A DNA stretch of 64,000 nucleotides from a virus: positions 53,028-117,027 of IMG/VR virus record IMGVR_UViG_3300042564_002580; one strand, given 5' to 3'. Shown one piece after another: positions 1-10,624 of this stretch. Under the pieces are notes generated by a model. It did not search any database, was not told the DNA's origin, and saw nothing but the letters and a program-made list of their open reading frames with translations. The translations under genes and the position numbers were made by a program. How positions within the stretch are numbered: position 1 is the stretch's first letter; each line of letters starts with the position of its first letter.

Positions 1-408
1 GATGGTGAGCCAAGTGCATTTGAAAGAAGTAGATACGCAGGTTTTCTTTATTTAAACGATGAGTTTGATGGCGGGGAACTTAATTTTAAAAACTTTGATT
101 TAAGCGTAAAGCCTAAAACAGGAATGTTTGCTATTTTTGACGGCGGTCATGAAAACACTCATGAGGTAACACCTGTATTTAAAAGCGACAGATATACTGT
201 AGGATCATTTTGGGATGATCGGCCAGAAGAAGATTATCCTCAAGAAACAAGAGACAGGTGGGCTTCAGAAATTGATGATACAAGAAAGAAACAAAAAGTA
301 GAGCAAGAAGAGTGGAAAGAGATAAGAGATAGCGGAAAAAGAAGAACGCCAGATGGCAGAGAGTATGATGCAGTTTTAGCAGAAAGCGGAGAAATCCATG
401 GAAATTAG
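1..408 (+). CDS. 2OG-Fe(II) oxygenase (prolyl-4-hydroxylase-like), 5'-truncated by window edge
   Basis: Frame 1 is open from base 1: ...YAGFLYLNDEFDGGELNF...VKPKTGMFAIF...HEVTPV...RYT. The 124 ATG in the ORF track is internal. Confidence 0.85.
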   Translation, partial: DGEPSAFERSRYAGFLYLNDEFDGGELNFKNFDLSVKPKTGMFAIFDGGHENTHEVTPVFKSDRYTVGSFWDDRPEEDYPQETRDRWASEIDDTRKKQKVEQEEWKEIRDSGKRRTPDGREYDAVLAESGEIHGN

Positions 409-1090
409 AGAAGTTCAGCCAAGGCAAATGTACACTATGTTTGACATTGTGTTTCACGATAGAGGAATAGTTTATTTTGAAAATGTAATTAGTTATCCAG
501 AGACCCTGTTAAAAGTTATGGAAGACCTAGATTCTAACCCAAAATCACATAGCGGAATACCTGAATGGAGCAAGTGGGGGGCAAGCAACGATGATAATCA
601 TGGGTATGGAATTCAAAAGTTTATTGATACCTCTAAAAAGCTTATGAACACCGATGATGAGTTTTTAAACAAACAAGTTTTGTATGTTGTTAATAGCTTA
701 ATCATGGCCCCAGAAATGTGTGCAAAAAGATATGCTGAAATAATGCGTAGAGATGCATCTAGAATCCAAAAAGTAGATAGCACACCAGAGCAGGTTAAGA
801 TGGGCCTAGATTATATTAAGGTTGCTAAATATGACACTGGTAAAGGTATGGGTCCGCATTGTGATGCTGAAGATCCGTCTGGTACTGGACAAAATCTAAA
901 GTACTCCCTAGTTTGCTATTTGAATGATGATTACGAAGGTGGAGAAATTTACTTTAAAAATCAAGATATAAAGATTAAGCCAAAGGCAGGTAGCCTTGTT
1001 CTATTCCCTTCAGTTCATCCATATTTACATGAATCTCTTCCAGTTACAAAAGGAAATAAGATCATGTTTACTACTCATTGGATGGTTTAG
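398..1090 (+). CDS. 2OG-Fe(II) oxygenase (P4H-like)
   Basis: HCD iron motif, YLNDDYEGGEIYF, KPKAGSLVLFPS, distal His (LHESLPV), K at the 2OG-binding position. Confidence 0.9.
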   Translation: MEIREVQPRQMYTMFDIVFHDRGIVYFENVISYPETLLKVMEDLDSNPKSHSGIPEWSKWGASNDDNHGYGIQKFIDTSKKLMNTDDEFLNKQVLYVVNSLIMAPEMCAKRYAEIMRRDASRIQKVDSTPEQVKMGLDYIKVAKYDTGKGMGPHCDAEDPSGTGQNLKYSLVCYLNDDYEGGEIYFKNQDIKIKPKAGSLVLFPSVHPYLHESLPVTKGNKIMFTTHWMV

Positions 1091-1129
1091 TCGATATCCA
1101 ATAGGATTGGTATCTGATATAATTTAAAT

Positions 1130-2893
1130 ATGTCATATTACCTTTTAGCAATTAAAGACTCTCCTCTAGGCTTATGGAAGCTAGATGAGACATCTGGATC
1201 TGTAGCTTATGACACTTCTGGTTGCGGAAATAATGGTTCTTATGTTGGTCAGATATCTAGGTCTAGTTTGCCAATTGTATCTGGAGGATCACATTCTAAT
1301 AAAATAGACAGCGTTAACTACTTACAGTTTACATTATCAAAAGATTTTTCTGGAACAAATGGCACTGGTGGGTTTGCAACAACAGACACTTACGATAATG
1401 ACTTCACATTAGAAGTTTGGTTTCATCCAAAAACCTTAACATCCTTAACACCCATACTTGCTGACTCAAATGGCATAGGTCTGTATTGGGATAAAGGAAA
1501 TGTCGTATTTAAATTAGAAGATCAAAGAATTGATTATTCAGTTCCAAACCCAGATAGAGTAATTCATGCTGTTGGAGTTTACTCAGTTAATTCAATCATG
1601 TTGTATGTAGACGGCATTTTGGTTGCATCTAAATCAGTAGATTTTAAGTTTACAAATAGTAGTGTCACTCTTTTTTCTGGACCATCTTCTGGCTCAGAAT
1701 ATTTTATAATTGATTGCCCAGCCGTATATAGGTACTCGTTATCACAAAGAGCAATATCTTCACACTATAATAACTTGTTTTTAAATAATGATGAGCAGGT
1801 ATCTGTTCCAGATCTGGGAGAGCTTTTTAGAGCTGCAGAAAAATATCAAGACATAGAAACAAAATATGTTTATCCAATTCAAGAATCTTGGGAGACTTTG
1901 ATTTATGATAATGAGGCTTTGTCATACAACCCAAGCAACAATAGTATACGTTTAAATTCAGGGTTTTCTAATGGAGAGTTTGTAGAGGATGTAGTTTTAA
2001 ATATTACAAAACAATACGTATCTTCAAAAATAGAATGGGTCTCATCTAAAGGAGTCTCCGTGTATGTTTCAGAAACATCAGCGCTTGGGCCATGGAGAAT
2101 ATGTTCAAATGGGTCTTCTATACCAGAATTTACACAGGGTTCTAGTTTTTCTTCACAAAAAATACTTTACTTTAGAATAGTTTTTGACTCATCAAATCCA
2201 GATATTTATCTTCCAGAACTATACTCTTTAAAGATTTACTTTCATTCTGAAAAGAAAATGTTTGCACATAATGGAGGAAGTACGCTTTCAATATCTCAAC
2301 CCACTACTGGATCAACTTGGGATTTTGATGTTTCTAACAACAGCTACCCAGCTAGAAGTCGAAACTACCATAACGGAATAAGACCAAAATCTTCAGCATT
2401 TTTTATAGACTCAGTAAATGATGTTCGTAATATTGAAATGATATTTACCCCAAAAACGCTTTCTAGCGGAAACCTAATATTTAATAAGACTGGCGCAATA
2501 GAGACATCTCTTTCCTGGGCGGCAGGCGGAGAAATATCAAAATCTAACATTAGCAACATATATATAAATGGTCAGGATGTATCCTCAGCAACCAATATCT
2601 CATCATACTTATATATAGATGAGCCAAATTATATATTGATAAAAACTTCTAGCATAATATCTGGGCCTATTTGGTTTAATGGCAAGCAGATATTGGGAGT
2701 AAGGTCTAATGTCCTAGATGACAATATGTATCAAAATATTGCCCTATATTCAAATCCAGATATTAGCCACCAAAATCATTATAACCTGTATACAGGTAAA
2801 TCTGCATCTATTGGGCAAGGTTCGTCAATGGAAGTGACAGAAGAGTCGGTATCTACCTACTCTAGAGACAGAGTTGTGTTTCAGATTATATAA
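1130..2893 (+). CDS. LamG/concanavalin-A-like domain virion protein
   Basis: N-terminal SPLGLWKLDETSG..AYDTSG..NNG, FTLEVWF, HAVGVYS...LYVDG are LamG hallmarks; lies upstream of the portal. Confidence 0.75.
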   Translation: MSYYLLAIKDSPLGLWKLDETSGSVAYDTSGCGNNGSYVGQISRSSLPIVSGGSHSNKIDSVNYLQFTLSKDFSGTNGTGGFATTDTYDNDFTLEVWFHPKTLTSLTPILADSNGIGLYWDKGNVVFKLEDQRIDYSVPNPDRVIHAVGVYSVNSIMLYVDGILVASKSVDFKFTNSSVTLFSGPSSGSEYFIIDCPAVYRYSLSQRAISSHYNNLFLNNDEQVSVPDLGELFRAAEKYQDIETKYVYPIQESWETLIYDNEALSYNPSNNSIRLNSGFSNGEFVEDVVLNITKQYVSSKIEWVSSKGVSVYVSETSALGPWRICSNGSSIPEFTQGSSFSSQKILYFRIVFDSSNPDIYLPELYSLKIYFHSEKKMFAHNGGSTLSISQPTTGSTWDFDVSNNSYPARSRNYHNGIRPKSSAFFIDSVNDVRNIEMIFTPKTLSSGNLIFNKTGAIETSLSWAAGGEISKSNISNIYINGQDVSSATNISSYLYIDEPNYILIKTSSIISGPIWFNGKQILGVRSNVLDDNMYQNIALYSNPDISHQNHYNLYTGKSASIGQGSSMEVTEESVSTYSRDRVVFQII

Positions 2894-2948
2894 TTTTGTC
2901 ATATTGAGTGACAAAAAGCTGGACTTAAGCATGCAAAGATGGTAAAAT
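2894..2948 (+). promoter_or_regulatory. Inverted repeat (TTTTGTCA-N7-TGACAAAA) followed by sigma70-like promoter TGGACT-17-TAAAAT with extended TG
   Basis: Seen in the intergenic gap before the 2957 gene and portal. Confidence 0.5.
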
Positions 2949-2956
2949 AATTAACT

Positions 2957-3301
2957 ATGGATATAAAAAGAATTAATGCCCAAATGAAGTCTGGTGAAAC
3001 TAGGCTTGGAGTCTATGTCTGGGAAATGCCTGACGGAAGATGGGTTGGTGACGAAGACAATAACTTTTTATCTATATCATCCATGATTGGAAACAAAGAA
3101 AGAATTGCTTTGCTTGCAGCAGCCGTAGCACACTATGGAATTGATGTTGGTCAGCCTAAGTTTATTGAGGGAAGCCGACAAATTGATGAGGAAGAGTTTG
3201 AGTATCAAAAACAAAGATTAAGATGGGGTCTAACTCCAGATCCACTAGACATCGGTGTTCACAAAGAAGAAATGGCTAGACTAAATGGTGGTAAAAAATG
3301 A
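2957..3301 (+). CDS. Hypothetical phage protein upstream of portal
   Basis: 114-aa ORF with ATGA overlap to portal. Confidence 0.7.
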   Translation: MDIKRINAQMKSGETRLGVYVWEMPDGRWVGDEDNNFLSISSMIGNKERIALLAAAVAHYGIDVGQPKFIEGSRQIDEEEFEYQKQRLRWGLTPDPLDIGVHKEEMARLNGGKK

Positions 3302-4878
3302 TTGAGTATGACGAAGACACAGTTCAGGATAATGTAGAGATATCCAATGTTGCAGATTGGATGAGATTTAACAATCCCACAACACAAAAATCTGATGACT
3401 TGTTTGAAATAGACGCTGAAGAGATATTAAAGCTTTCAGGACTCGGTGCTTCATTTAGAAGAAAAGTATCTAGAGATCTACAAAAAGCGTTTACTGGTAA
3501 AGATGGATCTGTAAGCCAGCAACTTCAACACCAACAGGCAGTTAGTGGCTATGCCACATTTGATCTAATTCAACCAGAATATAATTTAGATTATCTTTCA
3601 ACAATTTATGAGATTTCGCCTTACAACTATGCAGCAATAAATGCAAAGGTTGCTAACATTGTAGGTCTAGGATTTGACTTTATTGAATCTAAAAAAACTA
3701 CAGACACACTTGAAGATATAGAAGATGAAAAACAGCTAGAAAGAGCACGTAAGAAGCTAAATAGAATTAAGCAAGACTTACATCGCTGGCTAGAAGATTG
3801 CAATGAAGATGAAACATTTAAAGAAACGCTTATAAAGTTTTACACCGACATAGAGGCTACTGGTAATGGCTATCTGGAGGTCGGCAGAACAACGACTGGC
3901 AAGATAGGGTACATCGGACACATCCCTTCAAAGACAATGCGTGTAAGACGCCTTAGAGACGGTTTTATACAGCTTCTTTATGGCAAGGCTGTTTTCTTCA
4001 GAAATTTTGGAGACACAGAAACAGTAAATCCAATCGCTGGTCAAGAAGACAGACCAAACGAAATTATTCATTTAAAGAAGTACACCCCAAAGAATAATTA
4101 TTACGGAATCCCAGACATTATTGCTGCACAAAATGCCATGGCTGGTAATGAATTTGCTGGTAAGTATAACCTAGATTACTTTGAAAATAAAGCGGTTCCA
4201 AGATATATTATTACCGTAAAAGGCGCAAAGCTTTCTGCAGAATCAGAAAGAAAGCTACTTGAATTCTTCCAGGTAGGCTTAAGAGGAAAGAACCACAGAT
4301 CTCTGTATATTCCACTTCCTCCAGATTCACCAGATTCAAAAACTGAATTTAAGATGGAGCCAATTGAGGCAGGATCTCAGGAATCTTCATTTAATATATA
4401 TCGTCAATCAAATAGAGACGAAATCCTAATGGCTCACAGAGTCCCAATTAATAAAATTGGTACTCCAGCAGGTATTAATTTAGCTGCTGCTAGAGATGCG
4501 GATAAGACATTTAAAGAGCAGGTTTGTCGTCCAGCCCAAGAAAACCTAGAGAAGAAATTAAATAAGATAATCCAAGAAATGACGGATGCCCTAGAACTTA
4601 AATTTAATGAATTAAGTTTGACGGATGCTGACACCCAATCAAAGATAGATGAAAGATATCTTAGATTCCAGGTAATAACTCCAAATGAAATTAGAGTAAG
4701 AATGGGAATGGTTCCAAGAGAAGGCGGAGATGTCCCAGTAGATCTTGCAGCCCAAGCAGCTGAAATTAAAGCCCAAGCAACCCAAAGCAGAACTCGTGAC
4801 CAAGAAAGATCGTCTAATTCTCCAGATAAATCTGGGGAGGGCAGAAATGCAAAAGGAGATGGAAGACAAGTCAACTAG
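3298..4878 (+). CDS. Portal protein
   Basis: GNGYLEV, EIIHLKKY..YYGIP, YFENKAVP, HRVP..IG, TPNEIR motifs; position before protease and capsid. Confidence 0.93.
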   Translation: MIEYDEDTVQDNVEISNVADWMRFNNPTTQKSDDLFEIDAEEILKLSGLGASFRRKVSRDLQKAFTGKDGSVSQQLQHQQAVSGYATFDLIQPEYNLDYLSTIYEISPYNYAAINAKVANIVGLGFDFIESKKTTDTLEDIEDEKQLERARKKLNRIKQDLHRWLEDCNEDETFKETLIKFYTDIEATGNGYLEVGRTTTGKIGYIGHIPSKTMRVRRLRDGFIQLLYGKAVFFRNFGDTETVNPIAGQEDRPNEIIHLKKYTPKNNYYGIPDIIAAQNAMAGNEFAGKYNLDYFENKAVPRYIITVKGAKLSAESERKLLEFFQVGLRGKNHRSLYIPLPPDSPDSKTEFKMEPIEAGSQESSFNIYRQSNRDEILMAHRVPINKIGTPAGINLAAARDADKTFKEQVCRPAQENLEKKLNKIIQEMTDALELKFNELSLTDADTQSKIDERYLRFQVITPNEIRVRMGMVPREGGDVPVDLAAQAAEIKAQATQSRTRDQERSSNSPDKSGEGRNAKGDGRQVN

Positions 4879-4896
4879 TCCTGCTCAACTAGTTAT

Positions 4897-4925
4897 TTGC
4901 CTTTTTATGTAACAATCTCTATAAT
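4897..4925 (+). promoter_or_regulatory. Sigma70-type promoter TTGCCT-17-TATAAT
   Basis: 17-nt spacing; the same TTGCCT -35 recurs at 10525. Confidence 0.6.
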
Positions 4926-4934
4926 ATATAACAT

Positions 4935-6248
4935 ATGATCATAGAAAAGTCACATTGGTCTTCTAATGGAAATGCTATTAATTTATCAGTTCCATTTACG
5001 AAGGTCAATAGAGAAAAAAGAACAGTCTCAGGATTCGCAACACTAGATAACCTGGATCAGACTGGTGATGTCGTTACTCAAGAAGCTAGCATGAAAGCGT
5101 TTGAAAGCTTTAGAGGTAATCTAAGAGAAATGCATCAGCCACTTGCAGTAGGCAAGGTAGCATCATTTAGACCAGAAACTTTTTATGACCCTGCAACAAA
5201 AGAATTTTACAATGGTGTTTACGTTGATGCGTACATTTCTAAGGGCGCTCAAGATACTTGGGAAAAGGTTCTAGACGGAACACTAACAGGATTTTCTATT
5301 GGCGGAAAGATTATTGAATCAGATAACGAAGTAAACAAATCAACAGGAGCATCAGTAAGGTTTATTAAAGACTATGCGCTAGTTGAACTATCAATCGTTG
5401 ATTCACCAGCAAATGAACTATGTAACATTTTATCTATTGAAAAAGTAAATGGACAAATGATTTTTAAAGGCATCGCAGCAGATGTTAAAATGGAAAATAT
5501 TTTTTATTGTGCAGAAAGTGATTCTGTATTTATGTCAACAGAATCAGAATACATATCTCCAGTTACTGGTAAAAAAACAGAACTCATTGGATGGGTGGAA
5601 TCAAACGACGTAAACAAAGGAAAAGAAATAGAGAAGATTCTTGATTCACGTAGATCAAGATTGCAAACATTGCCTGAAACACAAAATATAAATACGGCAA
5701 TTGCAGAAGGAGGAAATGAAGTGGAAAAGCTTAATGTAACAGAAGCAACTCCAGTAGTAGAAGAAGCAGTAGTAGAAACACCTGCAGAAATTATTGAAGA
5801 AGTTGCCCCAGTAGAACAAGATTCTGCTGAAGTTGTAGCTGAAGTAACTTCTGCCGAAGTTCTGGAAAAATCAGCAGAACTAACAGTTCAGGAATCACCT
5901 GACTTTGTTAAAATGCTAGGCGACCTTAAGGGTTTCTTCTCAGAGACTTTGGAAAAGGCCTCTGAGGCAAACGCTGCTCAGGTTTCAACAATCAAGGAGA
6001 CAGTCGAAGCTTTTAGCAAGAATGTCGATTTGAGAATTTCAGAATTAGCAGAAAAGCACACAGAACTCTCAACAGCAGTTGATTCAATCAAGTCTATCAT
6101 GGACACAGTTGAAAAAAGAGTAGACGCAGTAGAATCAGACACTGCAATAAAGAAGTCCTCTGACCTTGGCGGGTCAGCTGGAGTAACAATCAAAAAATCA
6201 AAATGGAACGGCACTTTCCTCGGTTCCGTTAGCGAATTAACAAAATAA
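4935..6248 (+). CDS. Prohead maturation protease fused to acidic coiled-coil scaffold
   Basis: HK97-type protease motifs (DQTGDVV, REMH, GFSIGG, ELSIVDSPAN) followed by a Glu/Ala-rich helical C-terminal half. Confidence 0.88.
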   Translation: MIIEKSHWSSNGNAINLSVPFTKVNREKRTVSGFATLDNLDQTGDVVTQEASMKAFESFRGNLREMHQPLAVGKVASFRPETFYDPATKEFYNGVYVDAYISKGAQDTWEKVLDGTLTGFSIGGKIIESDNEVNKSTGASVRFIKDYALVELSIVDSPANELCNILSIEKVNGQMIFKGIAADVKMENIFYCAESDSVFMSTESEYISPVTGKKTELIGWVESNDVNKGKEIEKILDSRRSRLQTLPETQNINTAIAEGGNEVEKLNVTEATPVVEEAVVETPAEIIEEVAPVEQDSAEVVAEVTSAEVLEKSAELTVQESPDFVKMLGDLKGFFSETLEKASEANAAQVSTIKETVEAFSKNVDLRISELAEKHTELSTAVDSIKSIMDTVEKRVDAVESDTAIKKSSDLGGSAGVTIKKSKWNGTFLGSVSELTK

Positions 6249-6267
6249 AGGGTAAGGTGAAAAACTA

Positions 6268-7323
6268 ATGAGTAATGAACTATTAGCAAAAGCAGCTGAA
6301 GCAGGCACAACACTAACAGGTGGAATGACTGGCGCAGCAAACCCTACCGACGGAATTCACGTAGGTTCCGAGGGTAAGGGAGGTTTGCTCAATCCTGAGC
6401 AATCCGCAAGATTCCTCGATTACATGTTCGATGCAACAGTAATCGGTAAAGTAGCACGTACAGTTCGAATGAGAGCTGACACTACAGAGATTGATCGTAT
6501 TGGCGTTGGCACAAAGCTTATGAAGCTTGCAGCTGAAGCAGAGAACACTGGCGAAAATGCAGCCGTACAGTTCTCAAAGATTTCTCTCACAACAAAGAAG
6601 CTTCGCCTAGATTGGGAGCTTTCAACTGAGTCTCTAGAAGACAACATTGAAGGTGCAGATCTAGAAGATCACATTGCAAGACTTATGGCAACACAGGCTG
6701 GTAACGACCTTGAGGACGTAGTCCTTAACGGTAACACAGCTCTAACATCAGATGCACTATACAAGTCATTTGACGGTGTTGTTAAGATTGCAAAGGCAAA
6801 CGGCCATGTAGTAGCTGGAGCAGGCGCAAACGTGTCTCGTGAAATCTTCAACAAGGCTCTTAAGGCTATGCCACGTAAGTACAAGCAACGTCGTCCAGAC
6901 CTACGCTTCCTTGCAGGCTCAAACCTAATTCAAGACTACTTGTACTCAACTTCACAGTTGGGTCAATACGGTTCTGCTAACCCACAAGATATTGCTTCAA
7001 GCATTATCCGTGGAAATGAAGGCGGACTTGGTGGACCTGCAGGATATGTGGCACCATTCGCATTCGGTATTCCGATTGTTGAAGTTCCACTTCTTTCAGA
7101 GACACAAACTGGTACATATGCAACACCAACAGGCTCACATGGAGATGTCCACTTGACATTCCCAAATAACGTAGTTATTGGTATCAAGCGTGATGTAACT
7201 GTTTACCGATTCTTCTGGCCAAAGAAGGACTCAATCGAATATACAATGTATACTCGCGTTGGTACCCAAATTGAGCAGGCAGACGCATGGGTAGTCGTAA
7301 AAGACGTTAAGGTTGCTTCTTAA
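6268..7323 (+). CDS. Major capsid protein (HK97 fold)
   Basis: GGLLNPEQ..RF, ELSTESLEDNIEG, VLNGN, GIPIVEVP; strongly biased codons; followed by a terminator. Confidence 0.93.
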   Translation: MSNELLAKAAEAGTTLTGGMTGAANPTDGIHVGSEGKGGLLNPEQSARFLDYMFDATVIGKVARTVRMRADTTEIDRIGVGTKLMKLAAEAENTGENAAVQFSKISLTTKKLRLDWELSTESLEDNIEGADLEDHIARLMATQAGNDLEDVVLNGNTALTSDALYKSFDGVVKIAKANGHVVAGAGANVSREIFNKALKAMPRKYKQRRPDLRFLAGSNLIQDYLYSTSQLGQYGSANPQDIASSIIRGNEGGLGGPAGYVAPFAFGIPIVEVPLLSETQTGTYATPTGSHGDVHLTFPNNVVIGIKRDVTVYRFFWPKKDSIEYTMYTRVGTQIEQADAWVVVKDVKVAS

Positions 7324-7343
7324 TTTAAGAAATAACTTGCTGG

Positions 7344-7373
7344 AAAGGCCCCCAATTAATTTTGGGGGCTTTT
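7344..7373 (+). terminator. Rho-independent terminator after major capsid gene
   Basis: GCCCCCAA-N6-TTGGGGGC stem followed by a T-run. Confidence 0.85.
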
Positions 7374-7423
7374 CATTTTAATTTTCTAGTGCTATAATTT
7401 ATATACATACCAAAGGAGTATAT

Positions 7424-7822
7424 ATGTCATTTGACACACTTAAGGTCAAGGATCTAAAGACATTAGCAGCAAACTTTGCAGTTGATGTCGATGGACTAAA
7501 AAATAAAGCAGATGTAATTGCGGCACTTGCAGAAGAGGGAGTTACTTGGTCAGTTTACCAAGGAACACTCAAGAATATTGAAAGCGCAAAAGAAGATGCA
7601 GACGAGATTCTTCCTAGACTGGATCCAAATCAAAAAATTGATGAAGATATGATTCTAGTAAAGATGGACAGACCAAATGCTAGATATGATGCCCTAGGCT
7701 TTACATTTACAAGAGATCATCCATTTGTAGCAATGAAGCCCGATGTGGCTCAAGAAATTTTTGATAAGGAGGAAGGGTTTAGATTAGCTACCCCTAGAGA
7801 AGTACAGGAGTACTACAACTAA
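7424..7822 (+). CDS. Hypothetical head-associated protein with Rho-N/HeH-like N-terminus
   Basis: LKVKDLKTLA...GLKNKADVIAAL pattern; AGGAG RBS and TGCTATAAT upstream. Confidence 0.6.
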   Translation: MSFDTLKVKDLKTLAANFAVDVDGLKNKADVIAALAEEGVTWSVYQGTLKNIESAKEDADEILPRLDPNQKIDEDMILVKMDRPNARYDALGFTFTRDHPFVAMKPDVAQEIFDKEEGFRLATPREVQEYYN

Positions 7823-7831
7823 GCCTAACAA

Positions 7832-8815
7832 ATGGCAGAGATATATGTAAACACAAGCACACCTGCAACAACAAAGATTTATGTAAAGGGTGAGGCTGTA
7901 ACACCTAGCTCTCCAGTAACTGTCAAAGTTTATGACATAACTGGAGACCCAGTCATATCTCCACCAATTAATCCAACATCAATACTTGCAACCATTACAG
8001 CTGAGCAAAGCGAGGTTGATATAGGATCCTATAGCGTTTATCTACCACTATCGTACACAGCAAGAACAAGAAAGTTTAAGCTGGTATGGGAATGGCAGTA
8101 TGAAGGCTCTTCCTATTCTAATACAACGATGCTTGATATTGTAACCCCGTATGTAGATATACAGGAGGCTGCACAAGAAATGGGATTGGGTTCAGATTCT
8201 AATGATCCAAATCACAAGACATATCAAGAACTTAAGCTTGCTGAAAGATATGCAAGAAATATAATTGATGGATATACTGGTCAAAAGTTTTTCCTACACG
8301 ATGATTATTTTTCTTCAGTAGGAAATGATTCTGACACTATGCCTCTTACCAAAAAAGTAAATAGACTGCACACCCTTCACGCAAATGATCAGCTTCTTAT
8401 TGATAATTTAAATGAAGTTAATAACCTTGGCTTGACCGTAGATATTACTACAAGCGGTTTTGGGCTAAAGGTAAATATAGCATCTATTTTAGATAATGAT
8501 GTTTATATAGCTAACGGAATGATCCCTCCATCAATTCACGACTCTTCTCCAGATATATTTAGAAGGTCTAAGAATTATAAAGTCTACGCTAGATTTGGTT
8601 GGGAATATGTTCCAAACGAGGTTCGTGACGCAGCTGTAGAAATAATGAAGATGTACTTTGCAAAAGATCGTGTCTGGAAAGACAGATATGTTAAAAAGGT
8701 CTCCACGACAGACTGGGACTTTGAATATTCTTCAGAAGCATTTAGTGGAACTGGCTCTTCATACGCAGACAAACTACTTGCAGACTATGTAATAACACAA
8801 ATGGTTCTGGTGTAA
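7832..8815 (+). CDS. Head-to-tail adaptor protein
   Basis: A..IIDGYTGQKF and FGWEYVPNEVRDAA motifs typical of gp15/gp6-like adaptors; synteny. Confidence 0.7.
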   Translation: MAEIYVNTSTPATTKIYVKGEAVTPSSPVTVKVYDITGDPVISPPINPTSILATITAEQSEVDIGSYSVYLPLSYTARTRKFKLVWEWQYEGSSYSNTTMLDIVTPYVDIQEAAQEMGLGSDSNDPNHKTYQELKLAERYARNIIDGYTGQKFFLHDDYFSSVGNDSDTMPLTKKVNRLHTLHANDQLLIDNLNEVNNLGLTVDITTSGFGLKVNIASILDNDVYIANGMIPPSIHDSSPDIFRRSKNYKVYARFGWEYVPNEVRDAAVEIMKMYFAKDRVWKDRYVKKVSTTDWDFEYSSEAFSGTGSSYADKLLADYVITQMVLV

Positions 8816-9240
8816 TGTTTGACTTAGTAGACGGCCTCATGACCATGAAGATGGACGTATATCGACAAACTGAGCAGCAGGATAAAGATACTGGCGCAAT
8901 GATAAGGGAGTTTTCTTTTATAAAAACAATTGATTGCTATGCTAGAGGAGTAATTACTGAAAGCAGAAACAGGTCTAATGATAGCCAGAAGTTTTCAAAT
9001 AAATATTCAAATAACCAATACATCGAGGCTAGAACATCCGACAGGCTAACTGCAAGAGATAAGGTTAAGAATATCCGAGATGTAAATGGAAAGCCTATCT
9101 GGTACGAGCTAAACTATCCAAGCGATACAGATACAGTTTTTGATGTTGTAGGAACTACACCAATATCAGACCCATTTGGAAATGTTGTAGGATATAACTC
9201 TTCATTACAAAGAGCGGAGAATCAGCAAATTGGCATCTGA
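8815..9240 (+). CDS. Head closure/stopper protein (putative)
   Basis: Size, beta-rich sequence and synteny after the adaptor. Confidence 0.55.
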   Translation: MFDLVDGLMTMKMDVYRQTEQQDKDTGAMIREFSFIKTIDCYARGVITESRNRSNDSQKFSNKYSNNQYIEARTSDRLTARDKVKNIRDVNGKPIWYELNYPSDTDTVFDVVGTTPISDPFGNVVGYNSSLQRAENQQIGI

Positions 9241-10021
9241 AGTTTTAGCAATTAAAGCAGCAAGCGGATTAGTTAACCTTATGGCTAATAAGCCAGTAAG
9301 TGGTGCAATAAAAGATAGCACAGTTGCACAGATATCTGCTGCATTGTTTTATAAAACAAATGTCATGGCCAAGCTTGCAGAGAATCCTCAATTTCAATCT
9401 GCATTTAGAAATGTAATCTTTGATCAACTTCAGGTTGATTTTGGAGACTATGTGGACGCTAAGGCAAGAACAGCCCCTAAATCTTTTCACCATGTTTATG
9501 AATGGGGTAGAATAGGCGATGATCAGGCCAGACTATTCAAGTTGAAGCAGCTACCAGCCGATGGCCTTTCGCTAAAAGTTAATTATGAATTAACAGACTC
9601 TAAATCATTTGTGCCTTCTGAAAACTCTAACAATAAGCATGTGTTTGTTAAGAAAGCTTCAGTTATGGAAGAGGGAAAAACCGTAGTTATTTCTCCAAGA
9701 TTTTCTGAAAGGCTTGTATTTGATGTTGATGGATACACAATATTTATGCCAAAGGGAGAATCTGTTACTGTGAAAAAACCAGGAGGAGCGGCAACTAAAA
9801 ATGCATTCTTTGCACAATATAGATACTTCTTTACTGGACAGCTTGTTAACATGTCTATAAAAAAATCGGGATTCCAAAGACTATTTAATTCATCATTGTC
9901 TAGAGCATTAGGTGTACCAGCACAAGTTAAATCAGTTAAGTATAGCTTCTCTCCAAATCAATTGGCAAATGAAGCAGAAATTGCAACATCAGCAGCATTT
10001 GCGAGGTTAGTAAATGGCTAA
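9230..10021 (+). CDS. Neck/tail completion protein (putative)
   Basis: Synteny; basic protein with HHVYEWG motif. Confidence 0.5.
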   Translation: MASEVLAIKAASGLVNLMANKPVSGAIKDSTVAQISAALFYKTNVMAKLAENPQFQSAFRNVIFDQLQVDFGDYVDAKARTAPKSFHHVYEWGRIGDDQARLFKLKQLPADGLSLKVNYELTDSKSFVPSENSNNKHVFVKKASVMEEGKTVVISPRFSERLVFDVDGYTIFMPKGESVTVKKPGGAATKNAFFAQYRYFFTGQLVNMSIKKSGFQRLFNSSLSRALGVPAQVKSVKYSFSPNQLANEAEIATSAAFARLVNG

Positions 10022-10523
10022 TTATAAACTAGATGCGATGTTTGAAATAAGAAAGTTTTTGTGGAATAGACTCACATGGCTTGGCATATTTGATGAAGAA
10101 AACTATTATTCAGATAATCTAAATGAGACTCTTGTGCCAATTGTCCCAGTCCAGCAACAGCCAGAGATGAATCAGTTCCTTAGCGGAAAGAAGCATATAG
10201 TCTATGACAAGGTTGGAATGTCATATGAGAACAACTGGATGATATGCTGCGAACAAATACTTCTTACCCTATATTCACCAGACCTTCTTGATATTGTTGA
10301 GATAAGAAACTTCCTTACTGATGAATTTAGAAGAATGGATGAGTCTGCCAAGGATGTAAATAAATGGGCGGGGCTATCAGATAAATTCAAGTTCCATAGC
10401 ATCCATATAGCAGACATATCATCTACAGCCCCATCAGAAGAGATACAAGGCTTCTATGCAGCAGATGTAATATTAGAGGTAAAATACTCAAGAATAACTA
10501 ATGGCCAAGGAAGATTTGCTTAA
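10014..10523 (+). CDS. Tail terminator protein (putative)
   Basis: Synteny immediately before the tail tube; 169 aa. Confidence 0.55.
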   Translation: MANYKLDAMFEIRKFLWNRLTWLGIFDEENYYSDNLNETLVPIVPVQQQPEMNQFLSGKKHIVYDKVGMSYENNWMICCEQILLTLYSPDLLDIVEIRNFLTDEFRRMDESAKDVNKWAGLSDKFKFHSIHIADISSTAPSEEIQGFYAADVILEVKYSRITNGQGRFA

Positions 10524-10524
10524 T

Positions 10525-10553
10525 TTGCCTTTTATACCTTAGTAGAGTAAAAT
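10525..10553 (+). promoter_or_regulatory. Sigma70-type promoter TTGCCT-17-TAAAAT
   Basis: Same architecture as the 4897 promoter; precedes the tail tube gene. Confidence 0.55.
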
Positions 10554-10624
10554 TAGAACAGAGGAAAGGGCCTAGCCAGCCACATATATATATATTAATT
10601 TCATGAAATGAAGGAGAAATAACA

